Assembly: GCA_965660855.1 (NCBI GenBank)
Contig: CBFIBM010000005.1
Location: 1,466-65,465, forward strand
DNA length: 64,000 nt
Source of the DNA: an uncultured bacterium
GTDB lineage: Bacteria > Fidelibacterota > Marinisomatia > Marinisomatales > UBA1611
Direction: 5' to 3'
Shown: positions 28,418 to 38,332 of the stretch, piece after piece
Layout of the letters: each line of letters opens with the position of its first letter
Numbering within the stretch: position 1 is the first letter of the stretch
Translations under genes and position numbers: made by a program
The notes under the pieces: generated by a model
Seen by the model: the letters and a program-made list of their open reading frames with translations, nothing else
Told to the model about the DNA's origin: nothing
Databases searched by the model: none

Positions 28418-29542
28418 ATGAACAAATTTAAGAGGAGAAAATACAATCTAATAATTCTAAGTTTTATAATTATTATTTCATTTAGCATCTATGTAATAGA
28501 ATTTGTGAATCATATGAAAAGTAAAAATTTAAATCTTAATTATAATGCTCATATTTTTTATTACAATTGGTATGGTAATCCAAAATTTGATAAATCTTTT
28601 AGGCATTGGAATCATGATATCTTACCTCATTGGACTGATAATAGTTGGAATAATTTGCCATCCTACGATGGATATGAAACAATTGGTTCTAATTTTTATC
28701 CTAAACTTGGTACATATAGTAGTAATGACCCTGATATTATTAAAAAGCATATGGAAATGATATCTGAAGCGGGCGTTGGCACGGTATCAGTTTCTTGGTG
28801 GGGCCAAAATACTTTTGAAGATAATAATATACAGATTATCATGGATATAGCAGATAATTTTAATATTAAAATAACCTTTCATATAGAACCATTTGTCAAT
28901 AGAACTGCTTCATCCACAATAGATGCTATTAAGTATATAATTGATAAATATGGCAATCATAATGCTTTTTACAGTTATGAGGAAAAACCTTTATTTTATA
29001 TTTATGATTCTTATTTAATACCAAAAAAAGATTGGGGTAATTTCCTAAACGATAATGGAGAAAATTCAATTAGGAAAACACATTATAACTCTTTCTTTAT
29101 TGGACTATGGGTTGAGGAGAGAGATAGTATTTTTTTTAATGAAAGTGGCTTTGATGGATTTTATACCTATTTTGCTAGTGATGGTTTCACATTTGGATCT
29201 ACATCAGAAAATTGGGGATACCTATCAACTTGGGCAAATGAGAACAGTAAGATTTTTATTCCATGTATTGGACCTGGATACAACGATGAAAGAGTAAGGC
29301 CTTGGAATAAAAAAAATTTTAAAGATAGAGAAAGTGGACTTTATTATGATAGATTATTCAAAACTGCATTATTTTCTAAACCAAAAATAATAGGTATAAC
29401 TTCATTCAATGAATGGCATGAGGGTACTCAGGTTGAACCAGCAATACCAAAAGAAACGAAAAACTTTATTTTTGATGACTATGGAAATATGGAGCCTGAA
29501 TACTATTTAAAAAGAACTAAATTTTGGTTAGAGAAGTATTAA
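28418..29542 (+). CDS. Glycoside hydrolase family 99 (endo-alpha-mannosidase/mannanase-like)
   Basis: HIFYYNWYGNP, GSNFYPKLGTYSSND, FDGFYTYFASDGF, GPGYNDERVRPWN, ITSFNEWHEGTQVE. Confidence 0.92.
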   Translation: MNKFKRRKYNLIILSFIIIISFSIYVIEFVNHMKSKNLNLNYNAHIFYYNWYGNPKFDKSFRHWNHDILPHWTDNSWNNLPSYDGYETIGSNFYPKLGTYSSNDPDIIKKHMEMISEAGVGTVSVSWWGQNTFEDNNIQIIMDIADNFNIKITFHIEPFVNRTASSTIDAIKYIIDKYGNHNAFYSYEEKPLFYIYDSYLIPKKDWGNFLNDNGENSIRKTHYNSFFIGLWVEERDSIFFNESGFDGFYTYFASDGFTFGSTSENWGYLSTWANENSKIFIPCIGPGYNDERVRPWNKKNFKDRESGLYYDRLFKTALFSKPKIIGITSFNEWHEGTQVEPAIPKETKNFIFDDYGNMEPEYYLKRTKFWLEKY

Positions 29543-29967
29543 TAGGACTTATTTTGAGCAGATCTTTGATTTTTCATATTTTCTAAATGAATTAAGGTTC
29601 CATTTTCATAATATAATTGATAATATTTCTCACCTGACTGATTAAATTCTTCCCAAAGTCCGTCTTTAATTGAGTCTTTATAATAGCCTACAGATTTTTT
29701 TTCTCCATTATTCCATCTTCTAGTCCATTTCCCAATTTTACCATTATTCACGTATTCTCCTACAAATTTTTCAATGGTATAATTTCTATCGCTTTTAAAT
29801 TTTCTAAAGATTAATCCCTCTATTTCTTTTTTTTGAAATTTTTTGAAGAATTGATCATTTATTTCTATTAAATCGTTGATGTAAAATTTTTGATTATTTT
29901 TTGTAGATACATTAGAGATAATTAATAAAATGAATATTATGTAATTCTTTTTAAACTTAAAAAGCAT
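29539..29967 (-). CDS. Exported MORN-variant repeat protein
   Basis: GKWTRRWNNGEKKSVGYYKDSIKDGLWEEFNQSG repeats and a signal-like N-terminus. Confidence 0.7.
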   Translation of the reverse strand: MLFKFKKNYIIFILLIISNVSTKNNQKFYINDLIEINDQFFKKFQKKEIEGLIFRKFKSDRNYTIEKFVGEYVNNGKIGKWTRRWNNGEKKSVGYYKDSIKDGLWEEFNQSGEKYYQLYYENGTLIHLENMKNQRSAQNKSY

Positions 29968-30055
29968 ATTTAAATATAATTAAATGGACAAAGATTAATT
30001 AAATATTTTTTAAATTTTATTTTGTAAATTTCAAAAATAACTATATTTATTGCCT

Positions 30056-31117
30056 ATGAAAATTAACAATTATGTTGGATGGGAAGAATGGGTGAGCCTA
30101 CCTGAACTAAACCTCCCTGCTCTCCTTGCTAAAACAGATACTGGTGCTGAAACTTGTGCTCTTCATGCTTTTAATATTCAAACATTTGGTAAAGTAAAAT
30201 GGTTAGATTTGGTATTAATCCAATTAATACTGATGATAGATTTTCTGTATTTTGCTCTGCAAAGATTATTGATCAAAGAAATGTAACATCATCAAATGGT
30301 ATCTCTGAACTTAGGTACGTTATTGAAACTGAAATAAAAATTGGCGAAGTTAAGAAAAAAAATCCTATTACATTAACTAACAGAGAAAATATGAAGTATA
30401 AGATGATCATAGGAAGAAGTGCTCTAGACGGATTTCAAATTTCAGCTGATAAGAGTTTTTTACAAAATACTCTTAACTATGAATTATATAAAAAAGCTAA
30501 AAACGATACCTATAGAAGATCTTTAAGAATTGGAATACTTAGTCTTGAACCAAATAATTATTCAAACAGAAAAATAATTGAAGCTGCAGAAATTAATGGT
30601 CATTATTGTGAAATTTTAGACACTAAAAGATGTTACCTAAATATAGAATCTGATAGTCCGGAGGTTCATTATGATGGTAAAGTTTTGCCTCACTATGATG
30701 TCATAATTCCAAGAATCGGTCCTTCTATTACAAAATATGGAATGGCAGTTGTGAGACAATTTGAGGCGATGGGAACCTTTTGTTTAAATTCTTCAGCATC
30801 TATTGGAACTTCTAGAGATAAGTTAGCTGCTCATCAAGCGCTCGCTATTAATAGAATTCCCATGCCTGATACAGCATTTGCTAATTCACCTCGTGATACT
30901 GAAAATATTATTGATCTTACAACTGGGGCACCATTAGTTGTTAAATTACTTGAAAGTTCTCAAGGCAAAGGGGTTGCATTGGCAGAAACAAAAAAAGCAG
31001 CATCTAGTGTTATAAGTGCTTTTCAAAAATTAAATGCTCCTTTTATCATTCAAGAATTTATTAAAGATGCTAACGGATCTAATCTAAGATTATTTGTAAT
31101 TGGTGGAAATTGTAAAA
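30056..31117 (+). pseudogene. rimK: Frameshifted and 3'-truncated RimB-like aspartyl-protease domain::RimK ATP-grasp ligase fusion
   Basis: VGWEEW.SLP.L...AKTDTGA..CALHA, then a frame change at about 30191-30199. This is followed by TLTNRENMKYKMIIGR, DVIIPRIG, SRDKL, PLVVKLLESSQGKGV and QEFIK. Similarity stops at LRLFVIGG, where the sequence runs into the antisense of tRNA-Ala. Confidence 0.8.
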
Positions 31118-31193
31118 TGGTGGAGCTGAACGGGATCGAACCGATGACCTCTTCAATGCCATTGAAGCGCTCTCCCAACTGAGCTACAGCCCC
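31118..31193 (-). tRNA. tRNA-Ala(GGC)
   Basis: GGGGCTGTAGCTCAGTTGGGAGAGCGCTTCAAT-GGC-ATTGAAG...GGTTCGATCCCGTTCAGCTCCACCA. G3-U70 pair; CCA encoded. Confidence 0.96.
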
Positions 31194-31210
31194 AAAACAG
31201 AATTTAAATT

Positions 31211-32359
31211 TTATTTAGGCCCATCAGGATTACCTGACTCAGCAATCTTCCTAGACGCTAAGTTCAATGGAGCTTTAACTAAGTCATCGACTGAAATCAT
31301 TGCGAATAATGAACCTGTTATGGGATGAATAGCAACTAAATCTAAATATTCATACTCATTTGCAATATCTACCAATTTTAATTCAGCATTATTTTGATGA
31401 GTAAAACCAAATTGCCCTTTATAATTTATTTTGTGCCATTCATCCTCATCTTGAATATGCTCAAAAATATCCCCTTTATTAGCAATACCTATAATTGATC
31501 CATTTGGCCGACTTCTGATGTGAGCTTTTTTAGCAGATATAAAGATATCATACTTTGGTTTTAATTGTTTTATCCCCTTAATTTTAATTGATTTAAAATT
31601 TTCTTTAAAAGATCTTGCTTCTTCTCTAGGAACAGAAATTTGGTATTGGACGTTATGTAATGCTACGGGGAATGTTTCTTTTTCAGGATTATATCTTCCA
31701 ATATCATTTGGAGTGAATTCGAGATTCGATGCAGATTCAGTCATTAAGCTTTGAATTAACTCAACTTTTTTCAACTCTTTATCTTTGGCGATTTTTATTC
31801 TTTGAGCATTTCTAATTTCCATTTTTTGTGAAGTCATAAGAACTATTTCTTTCATGAGTTTTACTTGCTCAGTAACTCTTAATTTGTACTCCTTAGCAGT
31901 TTCAAATTCATCATGAGGCATAAAAAGAGAGGGCTTAGTTTCATTCGCAATCTCATAAACTGTTTTTACTCTAATAGAATTACTATAACCATCTCTGCTA
32001 GTTGACATATCTGAAAATAATTCAGTATCAATAATTGGTTTGTTATCAGTTAAGGACATTTTTTTGTCTGAATTAGAAAGTTTTTCTTGTACAACATTTG
32101 AATTAGCAGATATGTTCTCTTTATTATTACCAGAATTAGAAAAATAATTAGACTCTAATTTATCTAGGTCAATATCTTTCCAATTTTTCAGTTTATTACT
32201 ATTAACATGAGATTTATTAGTTTTTACTGATTTATTGGACGAATTATGTATGTTATTTTTTTTATTTTTAACTGTTGAAGATGATTGAGGTTTTGTCGAA
32301 CCGCAAGCATTAATTAAAAATGTAATTATAATTGAAAAAAGAATTTGTGAGTATTTCAT
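31211..32359 (-). CDS. Lipoprotein with an SH3-like domain
   Basis: Lipobox INAC and a low-complexity linker. AHIRSRPNGSIIG...GD.F......WHKINYKGQFGF resembles bacterial SH3. Confidence 0.7.
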   Translation of the reverse strand: MKYSQILFSIIITFLINACGSTKPQSSSTVKNKKNNIHNSSNKSVKTNKSHVNSNKLKNWKDIDLDKLESNYFSNSGNNKENISANSNVVQEKLSNSDKKMSLTDNKPIIDTELFSDMSTSRDGYSNSIRVKTVYEIANETKPSLFMPHDEFETAKEYKLRVTEQVKLMKEIVLMTSQKMEIRNAQRIKIAKDKELKKVELIQSLMTESASNLEFTPNDIGRYNPEKETFPVALHNVQYQISVPREEARSFKENFKSIKIKGIKQLKPKYDIFISAKKAHIRSRPNGSIIGIANKGDIFEHIQDEDEWHKINYKGQFGFTHQNNAELKLVDIANEYEYLDLVAIHPITGSLFAMISVDDLVKAPLNLASRKIAESGNPDGPK

Positions 32360-32377
32360 TTTTATTTCTCTAACTTA

Positions 32378-33337
32378 TTATAAATCTTTAACACATCTAA
32401 AACCAAAATTTGTGTCCCTATAATCTGGTTTTAACTTATATCTTCTACTTACATTACAAAACACATCATTACTAAACCATGAACCACCTCTTACAACTCT
32501 CTCGGTTCCATAATCTGGACCAGGTGGATTAATGTTATTTGCTATTTGAAAATAATCATCATGGTACCAATCTGAGCACCATTCCCATACATTACCACTC
32601 ATATCGTAGATTCCAAGTTCGTTTGGTTTTTTTTTACCAACTGGTTGCTTACTATCAGTGTTAGCTAAGAACCATGCAACTTCATCTAATTTATTTGACC
32701 CCGAATACAAATTTTTACCATTAAAATAAATCCCTCCTCTAGCTGCAAATTCCCATTCAGCTTCAGTTGGTAACCTTTTACCTACTTTTTTTGCATAATC
32801 CATAGCATCATACCAAGAAACATTCTCTACGGGACATTCCATACAGCCTGAATAATCCGATGCAAACTTACCCATGACATGTCGATATTCCCTTTGCGTT
32901 ACTTCAGTCTTATCTATCAAATAGCTATCTAGAGTGACTGTATGTTCTGATTTCTCATTTTTTTTCGCATTTATATTAACGCGCTTAAATTGACCTCCAT
33001 CTACATAAGCCATTCCCTCAGGAACAGTTACAATTCTAAAATTTAAAATTTTTCCAACAATAAAATCTTTGTCAATTAAAAGCCAATTTATTTCGTTATT
33101 TTTCCCAGGTAAAACTTTCATCCCAAGATCACCTTCTGCGTCTTTAATAAACGTATATGATTGTCCACCATCAATTGAATATGTCAATGCTACTTGATCA
33201 CCTCGAAATAGCTCTCCAACCATATCATATTTAATAGTTATACTTAGGCCATCTTGGTATGCCTTAACATTCTTGTAAGTCTGAGCGGATATGATATTGC
33301 ACAGAAAGTATATGTAGGTAAAAGTTTTTATTCTCAT
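32378..33337 (-). CDS. Exported FGE-sulfatase (SUMF1/EgtB/PvdO) fold protein
   Basis: KTEVTQ, PVENVSWYDA, RLPTEAEWEFAARGG, PNELGIYDMSGNVWEWCSD, RGGSW, GFRCV. Confidence 0.9.
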   Translation of the reverse strand: MRIKTFTYIYFLCNIISAQTYKNVKAYQDGLSITIKYDMVGELFRGDQVALTYSIDGGQSYTFIKDAEGDLGMKVLPGKNNEINWLLIDKDFIVGKILNFRIVTVPEGMAYVDGGQFKRVNINAKKNEKSEHTVTLDSYLIDKTEVTQREYRHVMGKFASDYSGCMECPVENVSWYDAMDYAKKVGKRLPTEAEWEFAARGGIYFNGKNLYSGSNKLDEVAWFLANTDSKQPVGKKKPNELGIYDMSGNVWEWCSDWYHDDYFQIANNINPPGPDYGTERVVRGGSWFSNDVFCNVSRRYKLKPDYRDTNFGFRCVKDL

Positions 33338-33459
33338 TTTATGTATTATTTATTGTTTTTATTAACATGTAAAGATAATAAAAATAATTAATAAAATAAA
33401 TTAAAAATACTTAAAATTTTACAATGTTTATAAATCTATATATTTAATAATATATGAAT

Positions 33460-35610
33460 TTAAAGATTTCTATTAAAAAATCTAATCATCTTAGTATATA
33501 AATCTTTTCTCGCTCCTCCGCCATAAATTCCATGGTTTCTTCCTGGGTATTCATGCCAAACAACATCTTTTCCATTTCGCAATGCCTTGTCAACAAAATG
33601 TGTTGTATGTTGAGCATGGACATTATCGTCATTTGAACCATGCATTATCAATAATTTTCCTTTCATTCGATGTAACCAAGATAATGTATTAGTTGAATCG
33701 TAACCATTGTTATTTTCAGTTATAAGTCCCATTGACCTCTCAGTGTATGCTGTATCATACAATTTAAAGTCTGTGCAAGGTGCAATTGCTACTCCGGCTT
33801 TAAAATAATTACCATTTTTTGTTAACATCAAACATGTAAAGTATCCACCCCCACTCCATCCCCAAGCACCAATCCGATTACTATCAATATATTTTTTTTT
33901 AGTCAGAAATTCGATTCCTGCAATTTGATCTTTTGCTAAATACTTTGCCATATCTCCATAACTGTAATTTTTAAATTTTTCACCTCTTCCACTCATACCT
34001 CTTGTATCCATTGAAAATACAATATATCCTTGCTGTGCTAAAAATTGATCCCAAATTTTCCCCCATTTGTTCCAGACTATCTGAGTTCCAGGCATTCCAT
34101 AACCATGCATTATAACAGGATATTTTTTATTAATATCAAAATTTGGTGGTAAAATAAGAGTTCCATCAAGTGTAACATCTTTATCTGAACTAGGAAAATG
34201 AACAATTTCTGGTAGGGACCACTCATAATTGAGATATTGCGAAATATCAGTTTCTTTTATGACCCTTACAACTTTTCCTGTTTTTAGTTCTTTTAAGATA
34301 ATTTTTGGAGGAACTGATAAGCTTGAAAAATAATCAATAAAATATTTTTTATCATTTGTAACTTCAATTCTATGAACGCCACTTTCATTTGAAAGGAGTT
34401 TCATTTCTGTGCCATCATACCTTATTGAATATAAATTCAGCTCAAATGTTGATTTATTATTTGCTGTAAAATAAATTTTTTGATCTTTCTCATCAATAAA
34501 TTTTATTTTTGAGACTTCCCAATTCCCTTTAGTAACTGCCCATTTTTTTGAACCTGAATGTTTTGATAACCATATATGTTTGAATCCTGATTGTTCCGAA
34601 ATCCATAATATTTTGCCATCCTTCAAAAAATAAATTTCACCATCGTTATCTAACCATCCCTGATCATCATTTTCAGTTAATATTTTCTTAGATTTTCCAG
34701 TATTTTTGTCAGCTACAAATAAATCCCAGCGATTTTGTTTCCTATTCATTTTTAAAAAGCTTATTTTTTTATTATCAACCCACTCCATCCAAGGTAAATA
34801 ATTATCGTCAGTTACTGCCTCTGGTATCCACTTTTTCCCAGCCCCTTTCACTCTTACTACCCCTATACGCAGTGAAGGATTTACCTGACCAACCTTTGGA
34901 TATCTAATTTTTTTTACTTTTGGATAAAAACCTAATTCATCTACAATTGAGAACTCTGGGACTTGAGACTCATCCTCTTCCCAGAAAGCAATTGCTTCAC
35001 TGTCAGGAGACCATCGATAACCATCATAACCTGTTAACTCTTCTTCATATAGCCATCCGAAGTGTCCATTAGTCACTGTTTCAGAGCCACTATTTGTCAA
35101 TTGCTTTTCTCTATTCCTATGGATATCAAAGTAATAGAGGTTATTATCATCTCTTATATATGCTATTTTGTTTCCATCAGGTGAAAATTTTACGTTTCTT
35201 AAATTGGAATTATTTAAAGTTAGTGGATTCAATATTTGTAAGGTTCTATCATAGTAATAATAGGTCCCTTTTGATGAATATCTCCATATTTGTTTTGAAT
35301 CTGTTTCTATTATTATTCGCTTACCGTTTGAAGAAAAAATCAGATTATTTACATAAAGATCATCCCCTTTAAAATTAAATGCTAAACTATCTAAAAATAA
35401 AGTTGTATCACCTGATAATAAATTGACTTTAAACCAAGACCTCCAATTATCTCCTTTTCCTCTAAAAATATAAGAGCTTTCATCAGGGTAATTTATTTTC
35501 CAACCAATTGAAGCCACATCAAATGGTGAATCAAGCACAGCTTGATCTTTAGTGAGCCAAATAGCTAATAATGTTTTTGTCAATAATATTTTGTAAAAGA
35601 ATAAGCGCAT
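33460..35610 (-). CDS. Dipeptidyl peptidase IV (S9B)
   Basis: GWLYEEE, WSPDS, nucleophile motif GWSGGG, YDTAYTER, HGSNDDNVH, NHGI. Confidence 0.93.
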   Translation of the reverse strand: MRLFFYKILLTKTLLAIWLTKDQAVLDSPFDVASIGWKINYPDESSYIFRGKGDNWRSWFKVNLLSGDTTLFLDSLAFNFKGDDLYVNNLIFSSNGKRIIIETDSKQIWRYSSKGTYYYYDRTLQILNPLTLNNSNLRNVKFSPDGNKIAYIRDDNNLYYFDIHRNREKQLTNSGSETVTNGHFGWLYEEELTGYDGYRWSPDSEAIAFWEEDESQVPEFSIVDELGFYPKVKKIRYPKVGQVNPSLRIGVVRVKGAGKKWIPEAVTDDNYLPWMEWVDNKKISFLKMNRKQNRWDLFVADKNTGKSKKILTENDDQGWLDNDGEIYFLKDGKILWISEQSGFKHIWLSKHSGSKKWAVTKGNWEVSKIKFIDEKDQKIYFTANNKSTFELNLYSIRYDGTEMKLLSNESGVHRIEVTNDKKYFIDYFSSLSVPPKIILKELKTGKVVRVIKETDISQYLNYEWSLPEIVHFPSSDKDVTLDGTLILPPNFDINKKYPVIMHGYGMPGTQIVWNKWGKIWDQFLAQQGYIVFSMDTRGMSGRGEKFKNYSYGDMAKYLAKDQIAGIEFLTKKKYIDSNRIGAWGWSGGGYFTCLMLTKNGNYFKAGVAIAPCTDFKLYDTAYTERSMGLITENNNGYDSTNTLSWLHRMKGKLLIMHGSNDDNVHAQHTTHFVDKALRNGKDVVWHEYPGRNHGIYGGGARKDLYTKMIRFFNRNL

Positions 35611-35612
35611 AA

Positions 35613-36281
35613 TTATATGTTTTGTTTTATTTTTTTTAGAAGACTTACCATCATTTCAAATGTTAATTTTCTTGTGTTTACATTTCGTGGACTTGGATGA
35701 TAAGAACCAATCAAAATCAATCCATTTGGTAATAAATATTTCGCACCATGTCCAAACTTATAATCTCTCATTTTTATTGAATGATTTTTTCTTACAAATT
35801 TCAAACATGAATCAAATCCAATTTTACCTAAGGCTAAAACAATCTTTAGATTTGTCATCATTTTAAATTCCTTGGATAAAAAAGGCTCGCAGTTTTCTTT
35901 TTCACTTGATGATGGTTTATCTCCTGGAGGAACACATTTAACGGCAGCAGTAATATAACCGCTTAATTGTAACCCGTCATTTCTGTGATCTGAATTAGAT
36001 TGATTAGAAAGTCCAACATGATGTAAACATTTAAATAAGAAATCTGCTGATTTATCTCCTGTAAAAACTCTACCAGTTCTATTACCTCCATGAGCAGCAG
36101 GAGCTAAACCTAAAATCATAATTTTCTTATTTACATCCCCATATCCAGGCACTGGCTTCCCCCAATAATCCCAATCTTGGTATGATTTTCTTTTTTCAAA
36201 TGCTATCTTTTCTCTAAATTCAACTAGTCGACTACATTTTCTACAATTAATTATTTGTTTTTCTAATTTATCTATTGTCAT
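35613..36281 (-). CDS. Uracil-DNA glycosylase family 5 (UdgB-like, 4Fe-4S)
   Basis: CRKCSRL, GLAPAAHGGNRTGRVFTGDKS, KCVPP, YHPSPRN. Confidence 0.92.
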   Translation of the reverse strand: MTIDKLEKQIINCRKCSRLVEFREKIAFEKRKSYQDWDYWGKPVPGYGDVNKKIMILGLAPAAHGGNRTGRVFTGDKSADFLFKCLHHVGLSNQSNSDHRNDGLQLSGYITAAVKCVPPGDKPSSSEKENCEPFLSKEFKMMTNLKIVLALGKIGFDSCLKFVRKNHSIKMRDYKFGHGAKYLLPNGLILIGSYHPSPRNVNTRKLTFEMMVSLLKKIKQNI

Positions 36282-36461
36282 GTGTTCTTAAAACTTATCA
36301 ACGACCTATTATTTACTAATAAAAATAAGAATAAATTAGATCCAATTCGATTATATTTTATTCTTGCTCATTGTTTCATGAAAAACGTAGATATAAATTA
36401 TTAGGCTGTATTAGTATTAAAATGATAATTTTAAAATCAATTTAAATTTCGAGGCTTTTTT

Positions 36462-38294
36462 ATGGCTTTAATGACTTCAATGAGAGAAAAAATGCATGTT
36501 GTGCTCTGGGCACTTTTGTTTATGTTCCTTTTAAGTATGACAATAGGAGGTCTTGTTGGTGGAGCAAATATTCTTGATCAACTTATCGGTAGAGTTAATC
36601 CTCAAACTACCATTGCACAAATAAATGAAATAAATATTTCTCCAGACAGATTTAATAGTTTAGTTAACCAGCAAGTTGAAAGTGCGAGAAGCTCTGGAAG
36701 ACCTATAAACGATTTTGTCCTTCAAAGAGCTAGAAAGACTGCTTGGGATAACCTGATACAAGATGTTTTAGTTTCACAAGAAGTAAAAAGACTAAATATT
36801 TCGGCAACCAATGAAGAAGTTATATATCACCTAAGAAATAATCCGCCTCCTTTTTTACAACAAAATCCAAACTTTCAAACAGATAATAAATTTGATATTA
36901 CAAAATATAGACAAGCATTGGCAAATCCTCAAGGTGATGAATGGGCTCCAATTGAATCATTCATGCGTGAGACATATATCCCAAATTTTAAACTTCAAAA
37001 AATGGTAGATGAAAGTATCATTATAACAAATTCAGAAATAAAAAACGAGTTTTTAAAACGTAATATCAAATATACTGTTTCTTCAATACATGTTACATCC
37101 GCAAAAGTTCAAAAAGATGTTCTAGAACCATCTGATGATGATATTGATAATAAATATAGTGAATTAAAGGAAGATTTCAAGCATGATGAATTAAGATCAA
37201 TAAATTATGTATCTTGGGCAAAACAGCCATCAAAGCAAGATTCTTTGAATACAAAAAACTTAGCAAATGAATTATATGCTAGGGCAAAATCAGGTGAAGA
37301 TTTTTCTTCTCTAGCAAATGAATATTCAATGGATCCAGGTAATCTAGGTACAAAAGGAGGAGATTTAGGCTGGTTTAAGAAAGGTCAAATGGTTAAAGAA
37401 TTTGAGGAAGCAGCATTTAGTTCAAAGAAAAATAATATAATTAAACCAATAATTTCCAATTTTGGAGTTCATGTAATCTATGTTAAAGATTTCAGGGTCA
37501 ATAAAACTGATGAAAAAGAGGTTTCAGCATCGCATATCCTATTAAAGATTGAACCTAGTTCAACAACCTTATCGAACTTAAAAAGAGATGCAACTCTTTT
37601 TAGCTATGATGCTCAAGATAATGGTTTTGATAAAACATTATCTGAATACAACTATAAAGCCGAAATTGTTGATAATTTAAATATTGAAGATTATTCTTTA
37701 AAAGGAATTGGTGGCCTACGATCAGCAGTAAGTTTTGCATTTAACAATAAAATTGGAGATATTTCAGATATTATTGAAAATGATGATTATTTTGTAATAT
37801 GTCAATTAAAGTCAATCACGCCTCCAGGCTATAAATTAATAGATGATGTAAGAGATAATTTAATTAAGAATATAAAACAAGATAGATTAAAACAATTAAC
37901 CTTAGATAATGCCAATGATATTTTAATAGATATAACAGGTACAAATTTAACTCTAGATAAAATGCTTACACCTGAAAAAGGAATAGAACTAATTAAAGAA
38001 GATATAAAAACCTTATCCGAAGGTTTCACCTCTATTGGTAAAAATGATAGAATAACCGGTGCAGTTCTAAATGGAAAAATCGGTGATCTAATCGGTCCTC
38101 TCGAGACTCGAAATGGGCATGCAATTATACAAATTAATGATATATCTACTTTTGATTCTACAGAATTCGAAGTTCAATTAGAATTAATTAGAGGGTCAAT
38201 ATTTAATAAAAAACAAAACAACTATTTTCAAGCATGGTTAAATGATCTGAAAGAAAGTGCGAAAATAATTGATAATAGAAGGTATTATTTTTAA
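36462..38294 (+). CDS. ppiD: PpiD/SurA-like membrane-anchored parvulin PPIase
   Basis: N-terminal TM, SurA_N-like region, GEDFSSLANEYSMDPG...GGDLGWF..GQMVKEFEEAAF. Confidence 0.85.
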   Translation: MALMTSMREKMHVVLWALLFMFLLSMTIGGLVGGANILDQLIGRVNPQTTIAQINEINISPDRFNSLVNQQVESARSSGRPINDFVLQRARKTAWDNLIQDVLVSQEVKRLNISATNEEVIYHLRNNPPPFLQQNPNFQTDNKFDITKYRQALANPQGDEWAPIESFMRETYIPNFKLQKMVDESIIITNSEIKNEFLKRNIKYTVSSIHVTSAKVQKDVLEPSDDDIDNKYSELKEDFKHDELRSINYVSWAKQPSKQDSLNTKNLANELYARAKSGEDFSSLANEYSMDPGNLGTKGGDLGWFKKGQMVKEFEEAAFSSKKNNIIKPIISNFGVHVIYVKDFRVNKTDEKEVSASHILLKIEPSSTTLSNLKRDATLFSYDAQDNGFDKTLSEYNYKAEIVDNLNIEDYSLKGIGGLRSAVSFAFNNKIGDISDIIENDDYFVICQLKSITPPGYKLIDDVRDNLIKNIKQDRLKQLTLDNANDILIDITGTNLTLDKMLTPEKGIELIKEDIKTLSEGFTSIGKNDRITGAVLNGKIGDLIGPLETRNGHAIIQINDISTFDSTEFEVQLELIRGSIFNKKQNNYFQAWLNDLKESAKIIDNRRYYF

Positions 38295-38332
38295 TTCAAT
38301 GCTTATTGTTTACCCATTTTGGTTAAAATTAT

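Noticed and set aside
29539..29967. YwqK-type antitoxin
   Set aside because: Only generic MORN-variant repeats, with a signal-like N-terminus and no adjacent toxin.
31118..31182. C-terminal MVELNGIEPMTSSMPLKRSPN of the rimK ORF
   Set aside because: Antisense translation of tRNA-Ala, not RimK sequence.
32378..33337. Diversity-generating retroelement target (CLec/FGE fold)
   Set aside because: No reverse transcriptase in the window, and I saw no second near-copy of the 3' end that could be a template repeat. A self-alignment would confirm this.
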